64,000 nt of DNA, from assembly GCF_001194135.2 (NCBI RefSeq), contig NC_068989.1, forward strand, positions 95,005,249-95,069,248, given 5' to 3'. The DNA comes from Octopus bimaculoides (taxonomy: Eukaryota). Made by a program: the position numbers and the translations under genes. The notes beneath the pieces are model-generated. The model was not told the origin of the DNA. It was given only the letters and a program-made list of their open reading frames with translations, and did no database searches. This document shows, in pieces, positions 38,906-51,616 of the stretch; position 1 is the stretch's first letter; each line of letters starts with the position of its first letter.

Positions 38906-39929
38906 GCTGGAGAAGACTAATTCAGTCTTCGCTGCACCACTCAGTCGAAACATCCATTCTGAGATATTGATTACAAGGAAGGAGTTCAGACATTACGATG
39001 GATTCGGATGATCTTGCAAAACTGCTGAGTAACTCCTGCTGTTTCTTCGGGGGGGGGGGACTGTCTCCGATGATATATCACCTGAAGGTCAAGTACTGCG
39101 GTCTGTCGATTCTGCTCAAACCCAAAATGTCTTCTGTTCCTGTTAGAACACTATTCCAAAGACTTTACTGTCTTTAAGTATTTCCATATTTACAAAGACA
39201 TGTATTTACATCATTTACAAGTGTTTTGTTGGTGTTTTGCCCGCATGGATATGTTCTACTTTCTCTCCTATTACTAATGCTTAGTAACAACCAATCCAAA
39301 CACTTCTATTTGTTATTTATTCTCAGAAGATCCACATTCGCTTTCTCCCCCTCCTATCTTCTCATCGAAATATTGAGGCATATTTAATCACACAAAGATG
39401 CTACTCACCTCATTTCGCACTTCTCTGAAAAATCCTCTACAATCTACAAGCAACATACTTCCATAAGCTTAAAGATAAAAAAATAATCAACAATGAACAA
39501 CAAAAGAATGATACAGAATTGAATACAGGATGACATAGACAAAGACGAAGAGAAATATTTATATTGATAAGTACAAAACGCATAGAAACTTGAGATATCG
39601 GAAAATATCGTAATTACATAACCACAAGCCATTCCAGACTTAATGTGTTGACATGGAGAAGAACTTCGTTGCTTATCAATTTCGTCAGATCAAATTTTTT
39701 CTTTTTTTTTGTTTGTAGTTATTGTCTTTGTTGTTGTTTTGTTGTTTATAACAGCTAAATACTCGATCGTTTGCAGAATCTCTGCTGCTCAAGTAAATAT
39801 GTAAATATTTTGATTTTTCCATTACGTAAAAGTTAAAAACATATATTTTTGGTAATGAGTTTGTAAAAATATATTCCACACCATAAATATGCTTTCATTG
39901 GATGTAAACTTTTTAATCTCGCACGTATG

Positions 39930-39985
<56 letters not shown>

Positions 39986-40802
39986 TTGTATGTATGTAAT
40001 ATGCATGTGTGTATGTATATGTGTATATTTATATATGTATATATGTGCATGTGCGTGTGTTTAACTGTACTATCGAGATTTATTTAATGTATCGAATATT
40101 ATATTTAATATCTTTATGGCGGAATTGATATTAAACGCCGAAGACTCCCTGCATAATTATTCTTTGATCAATATTGTATCCGTGAAACATTTACAACAAC
40201 ATAAATAGGAAAAAAAATATCTATTTGAAAGATGAAATTGAAGATCGAAGCGTAAAATCCTACCGGCTTCGATCGATTAAATTTTGGGAAACAAAAAAGT
40301 TTATGCCAGAATAAAAGAACCAAAACTAGGGGAACAATAGCAATGAAATGCCCTTAAACCATTATTATAACTTCGTTCAGTTATAGTAAACGAAAACATA
40401 GTAGAATAAAGTTGTGTTGAATCGATTTGGTGCTTCTAAAGCGCTATACAAACAGAACAAAATAAATAAAAAGCAAATATGAACGACAGTTTCCGGAATT
40501 TATAAACATAATCTTCAGCATTTTCTCTTGACTTTGTTCCAAATAGGTACGAAAGCCCAAGCTTTAAATGAATAATATCTGTGTTGAAAATGAATGTTTA
40601 AGTATGTATACATGAAAATACAATAGCTCACATTCTAAGATGCTTTGTATTTTAACCGACAGGTAATTTAAAATATGGCATAGATAAAATCAACGGTGTC
40701 ATAAGAAATGCATACATATAAATACAAATATATTATATAAGAACATAAGCATGCATATATAGACAAATAAATATAATCATTTATAATCACATGTGGATTG
40801 TT

Positions 40803-40990
40803 TGCGATTTTTTTCCCTCCGTCTTCATTCTCTCTTGGACTTTCCTGTCTCCTGTTTCTGACGAAGAGCTTTGCTCGAAACGTAAAACAACCTTTCTTTC
40901 CTTCTCCGAACGTCTTTTAGTACTTTGAATGTACCACGTCTTCGCGTTGTTGTTTTTTCTTGTGTTTGTTCTTCATTTCTTTGGATTTAC
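40803..40990 (+). mobile_element. Penelope-type terminal repeat, copy 3 (most intact)
   Basis: Aligns with 10886-10695(-) and 6792-6963; ends TTTGGATTTAC next to (TA)n. Confidence 0.8.
40853..40889 (+). ncRNA. minimal type I hammerhead ribozyme motif
   Basis: TGTTT[I]-CTGACGA-A-GAGC[II]TTT GCTC-GAAAC-GTA^-AAACA[I']; all core nucleotides present; stem III is the palindromic ACGT form. Confidence 0.8.
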
Positions 40991-41096
40991 CATTATATAT
41001 ATATTTTTATATATATACAATGAGAGAGAGAGAGGTGTATATGTGTATGTATACATTCAAATCTTTATGTGTGTGTATATATATATATATATATAT

Positions 41097-41183
41097 NNNN
41101 NNNNNNNNNNNNNNNNNNNNNNNNNNNNNNNNNNNNNNNNNNNNNNNNNNNNNNNNNNNNNNNNNNNNNNNNNNNNNNNNNNN
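41097..41183. other. assembly gap in (TA)n
   Basis: N run. Confidence 0.99.
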
Positions 41184-41784
41184 ATATATACATGCATATA
41201 TACACACATACACACACACACACACACATTTACAAATTCGCTTTCCAATTATGAAACACCGTTTTCGATTTTGTTGCATGGTACTTTCGGCAAGTGGCTT
41301 GACTGACTAACAATAGTGAACGAAACTGAGAAGTCGGATACTATGTAGAAGCCTTTCGAATGCGTTACACTAATGTCAGGAGGATTCACCTTCAAGAATT
41401 GTATATAAGTTATACCGGTCTGCGATGTACTCAGACACTGCAAATAACTGGATGTTTGTCGTCGAAATCGACGATAGTCCCATTACTCTGACAATCTATT
41501 GCCTGCCGAACAATATGTTTCAGCAAAATGTCTTCCTCATAAATCTTTTATTCTGTTATTCTTTTATCCTACTGTTCAGACATTGAACTGCAGCTACACG
41601 TTACAGTCAATATAATCGACTTCAGTGCTTATAGATTTAACCTTATTTTATCGAAGGTTGACAGATGAATTTATCTAAAAATTCAGAAATCAATTTTTGA
41701 TTACTAAACATACTAATTATCATATGTGAAAGATGCTATAAGCTGCAGTTTGATAAATCTATTTTTAATACAAATGGCAATGTT

Positions 41785-41935
41785 GAGGACAAGAAGTTCA
41801 AAGTGAGTGGGTTACGGAGTGATAGCAAGTGTGGGATGGATACTGAAGAACGTACTGCTGTGTATACATCATGATGGGACACATCCAGTTGGAAGGCCTA
41901 AACGAACACGGTGGTTATTGGAGGACAGTTGATAA
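41785..41935 (+). mobile_element. RTE-like LINE C-terminal fragment
   Basis: MLRTRSSK*VGY..ILKNVL..GTHPVGRPKRTRW (cf. RRLRWFGH..G.RP.GRPK.RW). Confidence 0.4.
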
Positions 41936-42171
41936 AATCCAATTTAGTTCCACTTTTCATTTGTGTCTTTCATTATTTTCTCCAAGACTCTTCCAAGGAG
42001 TTTCTTCGCTTTTTGTCCATCTTCACTCCCTGACAGAGTAGGCCACCGTTCGTAGAGACTCGCCTCTATTCTGTTGAACGTTGATAAGCAATTGTGTTCA
42101 ATAATCAATCAATTGCGATAAAGTAATTAACAAACATGAAACATATACTATAATGGGCTAAATATTCTTTT

Positions 42172-42376
42172 CTTCTTTAGGCACAAGGCCCGCAATTTTG
42201 CGGGAGGAGCCAGTCGATTATATCGACCCCTGTACGCAACTAGTACTTAATTTATGAACCAACCCCGAAAGGATGAAAAGCAAAGTCAACCTCGAGGAAA
42301 TTTGAACTCAGAACATAAAGACAGACGAAATACCGCTAAACCCGCCGTTCTAACGTTTCTGCCAGCTCGCCGCCTT
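42172..42376 (-). mobile_element. SINE family B
   Basis: TTAGGCACAAGGCC..ATCGACCCC..GAAAGGATGAAAAGCAAAGTC..CTAACGTTTCTGCCAGCTCGCC. Confidence 0.9.
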
Positions 42377-43060
42377 ATAATGTACAAAATAGTAATGATA
42401 ATCCTGGCAACAAGAAGGTTAATGTAACTGAGGCAGCAATATTGAATGTTGAAAGGATATAAAAGAGGTTCTGGAGTGAAAAATTTGATAACCAATCGGA
42501 ACGCCTAAACTGATAAGGTAAAAATACATTAAAATTTAACAAAAATACGACAAAAAATATGTCGTGATACGAAAGAGATGACATTCATGAAGTGATGATG
42601 GCGGGAATGGATATAGTGACGTGCAGTGGAGTACGAGATGGATTCAACCAATTCATAACAATAGCTTGTTTTATTTCTTTTTTCTGTTTTTCTTTTTTTG
42701 GTGGGTTTTTTTTTCTGAACGCATAATGAATCATATTTTGTAGGTGGGCAGTGACTGTCGATTCAACGCAACTTCCATATCACAAATAGACATAACCATA
42801 TTAAACAAATCTGGATGGCGACCATTTTTGTTTCTCTTTAAATGGTAGACTTAATTCGTAAAAAACTTCCGTCCCTACTAATAAATTTGTACTAAATGCA
42901 TTTAGTGTAAATCTCTTCGTGTTTCCATCTCTTAAGACACGTCAAACCCGCTTCTCTCACGATTCAGCAAAAGGTATCCAACGGTTATAGTGCCAATGCT
43001 TTTACTTAAAAGAAATAGAAAAACAAAATGGAACCATTTATGCATTTACCTGAAATTATT

Positions 43061-43268
43061 GGTTTCAAATTTTAGCACAAGACCAGCAATTTGGAGGGAG
43101 GGGCAAGTCGATTACATCGACCTCAGTGCTCAACTGGTACTTATTTTATCAAGTCCGAAAGGATGAAAAGTAAAATCGATGCCGGTGGTATTTGAACTCA
43201 GAACGTAAAGTCGAAAAGAATCCCGCTAAGTATTTGTTCGACGCGCTTAACGATTTTGCCAGTTTACC
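43061..43268 (-). mobile_element. SINE family B
   Basis: GGTTTCAAATTTTAGCAC..GTCGATTACATCGAC..TTTGAACTCAGAACGTAAAG..CTTAACGATTTTGCCAG. Confidence 0.9.
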
Positions 43269-44901
43269 GACTTATTTAACTGAAATTATTGAAACCATTT
43301 ATGTGAGTAATCACCAACAACTCTCTGTACTCTCTATATTATGTATAGCTACTTTCTCTACAAAGGGAGTATCTACACAGTTTTGTACGTGTGGAAGAGC
43401 AGTTTTCTTTATCGTTTCCCAGCTCATAAGATCACGTCCCAGATTACAGAGTAGTTGTTTATTGTACTCTCTCTCTCTCTACCATTTTCGGAGGCAATTG
43501 ATACCCAAACCGAGTACAAACTGGTAGCTAGAATTAGAGCAAAAAGAATGGTTAACTACATTATTATGGGCACAACATACCATTCTGCTGATGAGATATA
43601 AACCATAGAAATTTCATCGATCGACAGCATCGCATCGACATCCTACTGACGACCCCCCTTAGCAGTAACTCCTTGTAAACTTTTTATATAATGCGTACAT
43701 TTATCATTCTTACAGAACTTCAAATTTAAATGTCTATGTATATTAAGTCTCCTATTTTACAGCTACTACTACTCGAACATCTGTAAGATTTCAGAGAAGA
43801 CCCAAGGATAAATCGAAAGATTTAATAAACCATGTGGAAAGAAATTTTAATGAACAGCATTCTCAGTCTAAAATTTCAATTTTCAAGAACAAATTTTACC
43901 TGCAGGCATTCAGCGCAGATAAACAATTTAAATAGTATCTGTAAATTGATGATGTCACCATTGAGTAAACGATAATTATTTGGATTGTCTCCATTGATAT
44001 GAATGTCAAATTTGCATGTAATAATAAAATAATGTTGTATTCTCGGTTTGTATCCGTGGGAGGACAGAAGTGCGTGAAATACTTGAATGTTTGCAAACAA
44101 TGCCGGAAATTTGAGAAGCGAATTTTACATTTAGTATCCTCTTGCATCAGGAAATTTATCACTCAATCTAGAAATAGAATTAATTCGTTTTTACCAAAAC
44201 TTCATTGTATTTGCAGATGTAAATCAGTGATTGGATATTATAGGATTCCTTTTAAAATGTTTCCTGTGGCCCGAGGACTTAATTAAGACTCAAAAGGGAA
44301 GAATAAACAGATATATATAACTTAATTACAAGTGTTTTGAAGTAGGCATTTGAAAGTTATTCAGCTACTAATTGGATATCAAAAGTATTGGAAATACAAA
44401 ATAGCAACTTTGGGCAGGACGACGTACGATCGATTCTCACACACAGCGAGGAATATTTCTCAGCAGGTTTGAATCGGAGTGAAGCTAGTGATGGATTGCT
44501 TAAATTAATCTAAACTGTTTCAGTTTCACTAATAACCAAATTGAACTCTTCGATTCTAACCAAACATATTCAAGGCCAACAATTAGAGAGAGTTTAAATT
44601 TTCTTTATCTTGCTAATAACATTGTTTTAGCAAAATTACCTGAACATTCCGTTTTTTATTTTGGTTCTCAACGCTCTGAGTTCCAATTCTACCGACCTCA
44701 CGTTTGCTAGTCATTCTTTTAGGGTGGATAAAATAAAGTACTAATATATAAACATAGGATCTTTGATCACTTTGAAAGGGAGAAACTGTCGGCTTCGTCT
44801 TCCAACAAATTTTACCGCCCTTTCTCCCGTGTATAGATTCGTTATCTTCTTTTTTTAATTTTTTTCCTTCAACTATATATATTTTAATTGGGTGTGTTTC
44901 T

Positions 44902-45117
44902 AAGACGATGATCTGTCAGGATCGGTAGCACGCCGAGCAAAAGGCTGAGTAAAATTTCGTCCGTCTTTACGTTCTGAGTTCAAATTCTGCCGAGGTCGAC
45001 TTTGCCTTTCATCGATTTTGGAATCGATAAAAAAGGACCAGTTGTGCACTGGAGTCGATTACATCGTCTCATCCTCCGCCCTGAAATTGCTGGCTTTGTG
45101 CCAGAATTTGAATCCAA
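44902..45117 (+). mobile_element. SINE family B
   Basis: ACGTTCTGAGTTCAAATTCTGCCGAGGTCGACTTTGCCTTTCATC..GAAATTGCTGGCTTTGTGCC. Confidence 0.9.
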
Positions 45118-46590
45118 TTATGTCTGTTCCGTTTTATATAATCATAACGACGTTATGATTATAGAAGAGGACAACGTCGTCACTCTTACATCGGTAACTT
45201 GATTGCAGCCACTGGCCTGGAATGGATCTAGGACCACGAGGCAGTGATGATGTCGATGCGGCCCGGGTTGGAACCCGACCATGATCATAAATTATATAAT
45301 CATTTATAATTTTTGTCAAAGTCATTTTTCAGAAGTTTGAAATTTTTTACCATGTCTTAATATTTTGCGAAACGTTTTTGCCCCTCCCCTTGTTTTATTA
45401 TAACTTAAATTTCGTCCATCTTACATTTAAAACACATATACGTATTATCGTTTGTGTGAATGGGCTCTAGTGGCAATAATAAAGAAAAACATATTATCAT
45501 TATTATTATTATAGATATATTACCATCGCAGTTGATAACACTTTGCATCATCTCTCTTTTTTTTCCCCGTTTTCTCAATATTCAGCATGTCAGAGACACA
45601 GCTGATACAGAAAGAAAGGTTTGTTTAAATTACCATGTTGTAAATGGTGTATGAAGAGAATTAGTAAATAGCTTGTGCTCAGTTGAATTTTCTAGTAGTT
45701 TCCTACCTTCTAACATTGGAATCACACAGCGATGAAAAGGGGTTTCCTTTGTGCAGTATGAAGGAAGGCATTTAAAGCTGAATAAGAGATCATTTGTCTA
45801 TGGCGGCGAGATTTACAAGCAAGAATATCAATGTAATACTGACTTGCAATATTTGTTTTTATTTTGATAACCAGCTGATATTGACTGATTGTGATCGGTT
45901 CAATGACATTTTACTAGTAATGTCATACAATCCATTATGGCGGTTTCAAAACATGGTTTCACGTGGTATACTCCATGTACAACGCTCCTTGTTGCTTTTA
46001 AATATCTATGTTAAGAACTTATACATCGATACATCAACTTATCTGCATGCATAACCATGGATTTAGAATGCGTATATATACACACACACAAGAACGCAAC
46101 TAAAAACGCATGCGTGCATATACACCATTACAGAATCATATTTACGGGCAATTATAAACGCACACATATACATACACACAATTATACATAAGCACAGACA
46201 CACATGCACACATATACATGCATAGATACATGCTTATACACAAGGTCGTTATAAAACTCTTGAGCTACTTCAAATTTGTATATTTTAGTTATTTAACGTT
46301 AAAAATAATCAGCGAAAGACAAATAAAATTCTATCTTTTTCATGTTTTACCGTTATTCTAGAAGCACACTTAGAAGCAGATTTTCAAATGCACTTTGAAG
46401 CAGATTTATTTATTGTGCTCTGCATCACATTTGCGATGCTGTCCATCAACATCAAAGGTTGTAGTTAAATATACACTTGTATTTACGTAATTCAATAAAA
46501 AAGAGAAAGTAATTATTTTTTTAACAATTAATAAATATTCATAACCATACTTTTGATTTACGAAATGTTTTAAAGACTAATTCTAACGTA

Positions 46591-47454
46591 CGAAATGCGT
46601 TCAAAAAGTATCCAGCTTTGTTTTTCCCGCCAAAACTAATGCCGCATGAGCCAAATTCTTTGGACGGATGGCGACATCATCCTTCCTGTGCACGCGTGAA
46701 AACTTTTACGTCGGTAGGCCTCGTCAGTTCCCGTCTGTTACACCTAGAGTACAGACGTGTAGTGCGTGCTCGTCGGATGTTTGTCTTCACCGAAGGCATC
46801 GAGCAGGGGTATTGCTTCAGTTCTGCGAAAAGTTTGGTGACGCTTACGTTCAAACCATCCAGAAAGTGCAGCAGACCTTTGGCAATGAAGCCATGAGCAA
46901 AACTTGGATCAGGGAGTGTTACAACCACTTCAAACATGGCTGCACCTCAGTGGAGAGCGAGCCACACACAAAAATACCACAAGCCGAAACGAGAAACTTA
47001 TTGAGAAGATTCGGCGAATAGAAGACCGCAATCAAGGAAATTGCCCACGAAGTGGGAATAAGCACAGAATGAGTGCATTCCATTTTAACGGAGGATTTGC
47101 GCGTGCGGAGGTGACGGTGAAGAAATCAACTTGGTTACTTATTGAATACACCACGTAATCCAAGCTTTCTTAATTAAGAACCGCACCCACTGGTTTCACG
47201 GGTAACCTACTCTCCCGACTTGGCATCGTGTGACTTCTGGCTCAGCCCCATACTGAAGACCACGCTGAAAGGGAAGCAATTTGGGTCACCACAGAAAATT
47301 CTGAGAAAAGTGACGGTGGAGTTCCATAGCATTCCAGAGAAGGCGTTCCAGAGAAGGCGTTCGAGAGAAGGCGTTCCAGAGATGTTACCAGGGATGGCAG
47401 AACCACTGGGAGAAATGCGTGAACTCCTGAGGGAAGTATTTTGAAGGTTGTTGA
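46591..47454 (+). mobile_element. internally deleted mariner (second lineage), left TIR only
   Basis: TA|CGAAATGCGTTCAAAAAGT; N-terminus IEQ..QFCEKFG..QQTFGNEAMSKTWIRECYNHFK; C-terminus YSPDLASCDFW..WEKCVNS*GKYFEG; D1/D2 region missing; 14-bp unit triplicated at ~47338-47380. Confidence 0.8.
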
Positions 47455-48457
47455 ATCAAATTTGTGACATGTACAAAATTACTACCAGCGACTATTTAAA
47501 GGGAAATTTGGCAGGATGGTCAGTCGCCCGCTGACACTCGTTGACGCTGCATCGAAGAGGCCAGGGAAAGGAAGAAAGAAGAAATGCACTCAACACCAGA
47601 GCTGAAGACACCTACGAAAGGGGTGGGGGCACCACGTCTAAAACGGTAGAGCAGTAGGAGCCGAAACCAGACGTGGTTCCTCCTGGTGATGTCTTTAGCT
47701 ATTGGATCCTATAAAGGAGCTGTTGTGGTAGCAAACCACGAAACGCGGTGGGAATTCCTACGCAAAGGTGTCTGTTTTGAATACACCTTGTTTATGAAAT
47801 TAAAATTCCAAAAGTTTTAAAAACTACACAAGGGCCTAACAGTAACCCTACACGTATATTCACGCAAACGTACATGGACATATATTCACAGATACGGGCA
47901 AACGTACAAGTTTATACATATATGCATTCACAAAGACACACATTATTCCCACAAACCCAAAGCTTGTACATCAACTGTGCTGTGATTAAAGATAGACTCG
48001 AGAATGTTACACCAGGCTTGGAAAAATGCCCCAGTCAGAACCCCTTGCCTCTTATAACAAGACAATATCCCACAATGCATTTACAATAACAGTGCTGGCA
48101 ACTGACATTTTAGATACTGGCTAATGTTGAAGAGGTAATTCATTGCACGGGCCTTAACACCTGCAAGATCCTGACATCAACTGTAACCTTTTATAGAAAC
48201 ATTGATATCAACAAGCTTTAAATAAGAAGTGAGGAAGTCAGAGGTGTGAGATCTAAATCTTCGAACGCCGTATTGTGTGGTTCAGTCAGCAACTGCAAAA
48301 CGAAAGCATAAACTTAGTGATGAAAGGTGAAAGAAACGTTATCCTAGGTGTGTCGGCAGCGAGGCTCCTCTTTCTATCTTCCATAAAGCTGAACTAGTAT
48401 ACATTAAAGAAAACCTGGGTGTGAAATTTTCAGCGTGGCCATATCCAGTGTGAAATG

Positions 48458-48513
48458 CCCGAATATACCCATGCATGAATTCGGGAAATATATCCATGGG
48501 TATATTTCCCGAA
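48458..48513. repeat. nested palindromes: 34-bp near-perfect palindrome (48480-48513) with competing arms
   Basis: TTCGGGAAATATA-TCCATGGG-TATATTTCCCGAA; 48462-48473 pairs with 48495-48506; 48458-48464 pairs with 48479-48485. Confidence 0.9.
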
Positions 48514-48599
48514 GATTTGGAGAAAATACGAACATCGATATGAAGCGCTACTTCTTCACCTGTGCACTTGTAATCCAAGAATAGGAGATTGCTACTAAG

Positions 48600-49075
48600 T
48601 TCGTAATAAGCAAAAGAGACAGTGATTTCTTTGGTGCCCCAAGGTGCAACCGAAGATGCTGATTATGTCACTTTTCTATGGAAGACATCGCACATGTGAT
48701 CAGCAGCTTCCCAAAACTGTCGTCATGGTCCTATCCTCCTATGTGACAGCTTCACAAAGCTTTTTTAAAATGAGCCTAAGGCCCTGTTCAAAGATATGGG
48801 GCGGCATGACGTCAACCTCAGTGGAGACACACCCAAAGACAATCACAGTTATGAAGGACTTGATGTTTTTTATGATGCCCATATCAGGTCTTATAGCCTT
48901 TACCAGTGTTCACAGAGCATTCAGCAAGTCGCGATGCTGGTATTTTTATTCCCCGCACATCGTGATGCAGATAACTCTTTTCTAATACTGAGATGGCTTC
49001 TAGTCCCCCACCTCCCCCGTGTCCGTTAACTTTTTCTCAACAGCAACTTTAATGCTCATGATCTCCGACTCTGTT
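48600..49075 (-). mobile_element. maT/DD37D-like Tc1/mariner transposase fragment
   Basis: Minus FITVIVFGCVSTEVDVMPPHIFEQGLRL (cf. TVMVFGCVSSEGDVMPPHIFEQGLRLN); flanks decayed. Confidence 0.7.
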
Positions 49076-49341
49076 GAATATTCAATACATCAACATGTTT
49101 TTGATAAAAAAAGAAAAGGAAACATGAAAATCGTCAAATTTAGACCAAACACCCTGTACATAAAAAAGTAAAATATATATACATCCCACACAAGCCTTAA
49201 CATCCATGCCTGCACACATGTACAAACATATTACTATACAGCTGATGTAGTGTAGATTCCTGGGCAAATGCTTTGATACTGTTTTCGAAGTCTTTCTCTA
49301 TTAGTGATATATTTGAAAATTAAAACAAGAATATGCACACT

Positions 49342-49545
49342 CATACGAACAGAAAAAGCTGAAGTATAAGCTATAATGTCGATTTTGTGCTTTACTGATT
49401 ATGAAACACTGACACTTGCTTCTTATTTAAAAACCCTGAATGCTTCTATCTTCTCTCAATCTTTAGGCGCTAAAATTTAATTAGCCAAACTAGTCTCCAA
49501 CTAATCGTTGCTTCATCTACTCTACAATCTGTGAATTACATCTTC
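49342..49545 (+). repeat. diverged direct repeat, partner at 51685-51885
   Basis: CATACGAACAGAA.AAG.TGA..TA..AGCTATAATGTCGATTTT and further collinear blocks. Confidence 0.65.
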
Positions 49546-49742
49546 ACAGACTGCCTCTATCTAGAGCTAGACGGCTCTCATCAGAGAATTAGCTGTCTTT
49601 TAGAAGAACATAATGTACAGCCGTTGTTAAAACTGAAAGCAATTATGTTCCAGAGTGTGGATCGCAGTTAGAACAGCTGCACTCAGTTGAAACGATGACG
49701 TATATACAAAAGTGTGCTTAATTTTTCAGACTTTTCTGATAC

Positions 49743-49925
49743 TTGGCCGAATGTTCTTAGTATTTCGTTGTGGTGGTTTTGTTATTATTTGCTATCAAAC
49801 TCTGCCGAGGTCGACCTTGCTTTTTATCCTTTCAATGTCGATAAAATAAATACTAGCTATGCACTGGGGTCGGTGTAATCGCCTTACACCCACCCCTTAA
49901 ATTGCTGGCCTAGTGCTAGAATTTT
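49743..49925 (+). mobile_element. SINE family B
   Basis: CTGCCGAGGTCGACCTTGC..GCACTGGGGTCGGTGTAATCG..AAATTGCTGGCCTAGTGC. Confidence 0.8.
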
Positions 49926-50029
49926 GACGCCTTTGTGGAGTGTAGAAGAAGGAGCAATACCCAAGGGGTTCACACGTCCTCCTACACCGGCAATATTGAC
50001 GCTATTAATGTTCTTTAACTTTACAAGTC

Positions 50030-50031
<2 letters not shown>

Positions 50032-50071
<40 letters not shown>

Positions 50072-50210
50072 TTCTCTCTCTTTCACTCTTTCTCTCCATC
50101 TCTCTTACTCTCTCTCTTTCTCTTTATTTATCTCCCTTTCTATCTCTTTTTCACACTTTCTCTTCCCCTGTCTTTCTCTTTCTATTTCTCTCTCACTCCC
50201 TCTTTCTTCT
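50032..50210. repeat. (TC)n and degenerate pyrimidine tract
   Basis: Direct. Confidence 0.9.
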
Positions 50211-50289
50211 TCGGAAAACAAAGAGGTTATCCACTTGAAACCTTCGAAGATCCCACCAAATCATTCCACTCACTTCTTACATAAACACC

Positions 50290-50625
50290 TCAAAGACGAT
50301 GGCAGGAAAGGAACATCAAATACGATTTTAAATCATGGCCTAGACACCATCTCCAGGGGTACCCTGGTGTGTTCGGCTGCCAGCCCAGGCTTCGCTGCTC
50401 GTCGAGCCGAGAAGGAAAAACTGAAAAAGTATCGGCCACTCTCTGACAGATTTATGGTCGAGTCTATGGCAATGGAAACTTCCGGCACCCGGACTACATC
50501 CCTACACACTGCTATGGGAGCAAAGGTGGCTATCCGCAAATGCGAGTTCCATGAGTCCGAGTGATTGTTCCAGCGCGTCTCCTTGACCATCCTCCAGGGC
50601 AACTCCTTTTCCATTTTGTCTGCTG
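50290..50625 (+). mobile_element. CRE-clade LINE 3' fragment (restriction-like endonuclease)
   Basis: DTISRG..AASPGFAARRAEKEKLKKYRPLSDRFMVESMAMETSG..E*LFQRVSLTILQGNSFSIL (cf. AA..AE..K..KY..L..F.P.A.ET.G..FQR.S..IQRGNA.SIL). Confidence 0.75.
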
Positions 50626-51291
50626 AAACAGACAATATAATGTCTATTTGCTTAACATTCTACCCCTGTATATTTTATCCATCATCTTCATCAACCTGTT
50701 TAGTTATAGTTTTCAATGATTGGCACATGATAGGTATATCTGGAATTGAGGTTCTGTGCATCGTACCTGTATCTCCTGTATCTCCTTCATCATAGAAGAT
50801 CTGGAATTTAACAAGAAAAACAGGACAACAGTAAATGATATTTGGCATATTTAGTCGTTGTAGCACCGAATATTCAAACTCCACCAAGAACAATTTAAAT
50901 TTCAGCCCCTCGATATTGTAATATTAAGTACCTGTAATATACTTGGGTCTAGTCAATCGAGTAAATCTCACCTGATACATTTGTCACCTTGTTACAATGA
51001 GGGGAATATTTAAACAGAAGCCTTTCAAATATTTTTAGGTTTTACTTGAGGAATTGTGAACCCATATAAAGACAGTAAAGCTAATATTCGGCAAATTAGA
51101 AACATATCGCCATCATTTCCAATAAATCTATTTGCACATAATTCCAGCAGCTCAAGAACTACACAGGGGTACGGCAAATATAGTGGTAATATTGAAACAT
51201 CTCACCAAAGTTGTCCACGGACAACTTTCTTTATTTACCATTATATCTTCTGGATATTTAATTGAATTTTATATTATATATATGTGTGTGT

Positions 51292-51328
<37 letters not shown>

Positions 51329-51559
51329 TGTATGAATGTATGTATGTATGCATATATTTATAAATATATATATATATACACATAAATATAGATATATATA
51401 CATAAACATTCATGTGTCTCCATATATATATTATGCTTCTTTGTTTAAAATCAGCATGATTCATCATTTATCATCAACATCATCACCATCAACAACAACA
51501 AAGACGACAACGACCATAGCTGCTGCTGCTAATCAATGAAAGACTTGGTACGTCTGTAC

Positions 51560-51616
<57 letters not shown>

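Noticed and set aside
49555-49592. Hammerhead-like CTGATGA-GAGC..GCTC on the minus strand
   Set aside because: Followed by TAGA instead of GAAA; no cleavage triplet or stem I.
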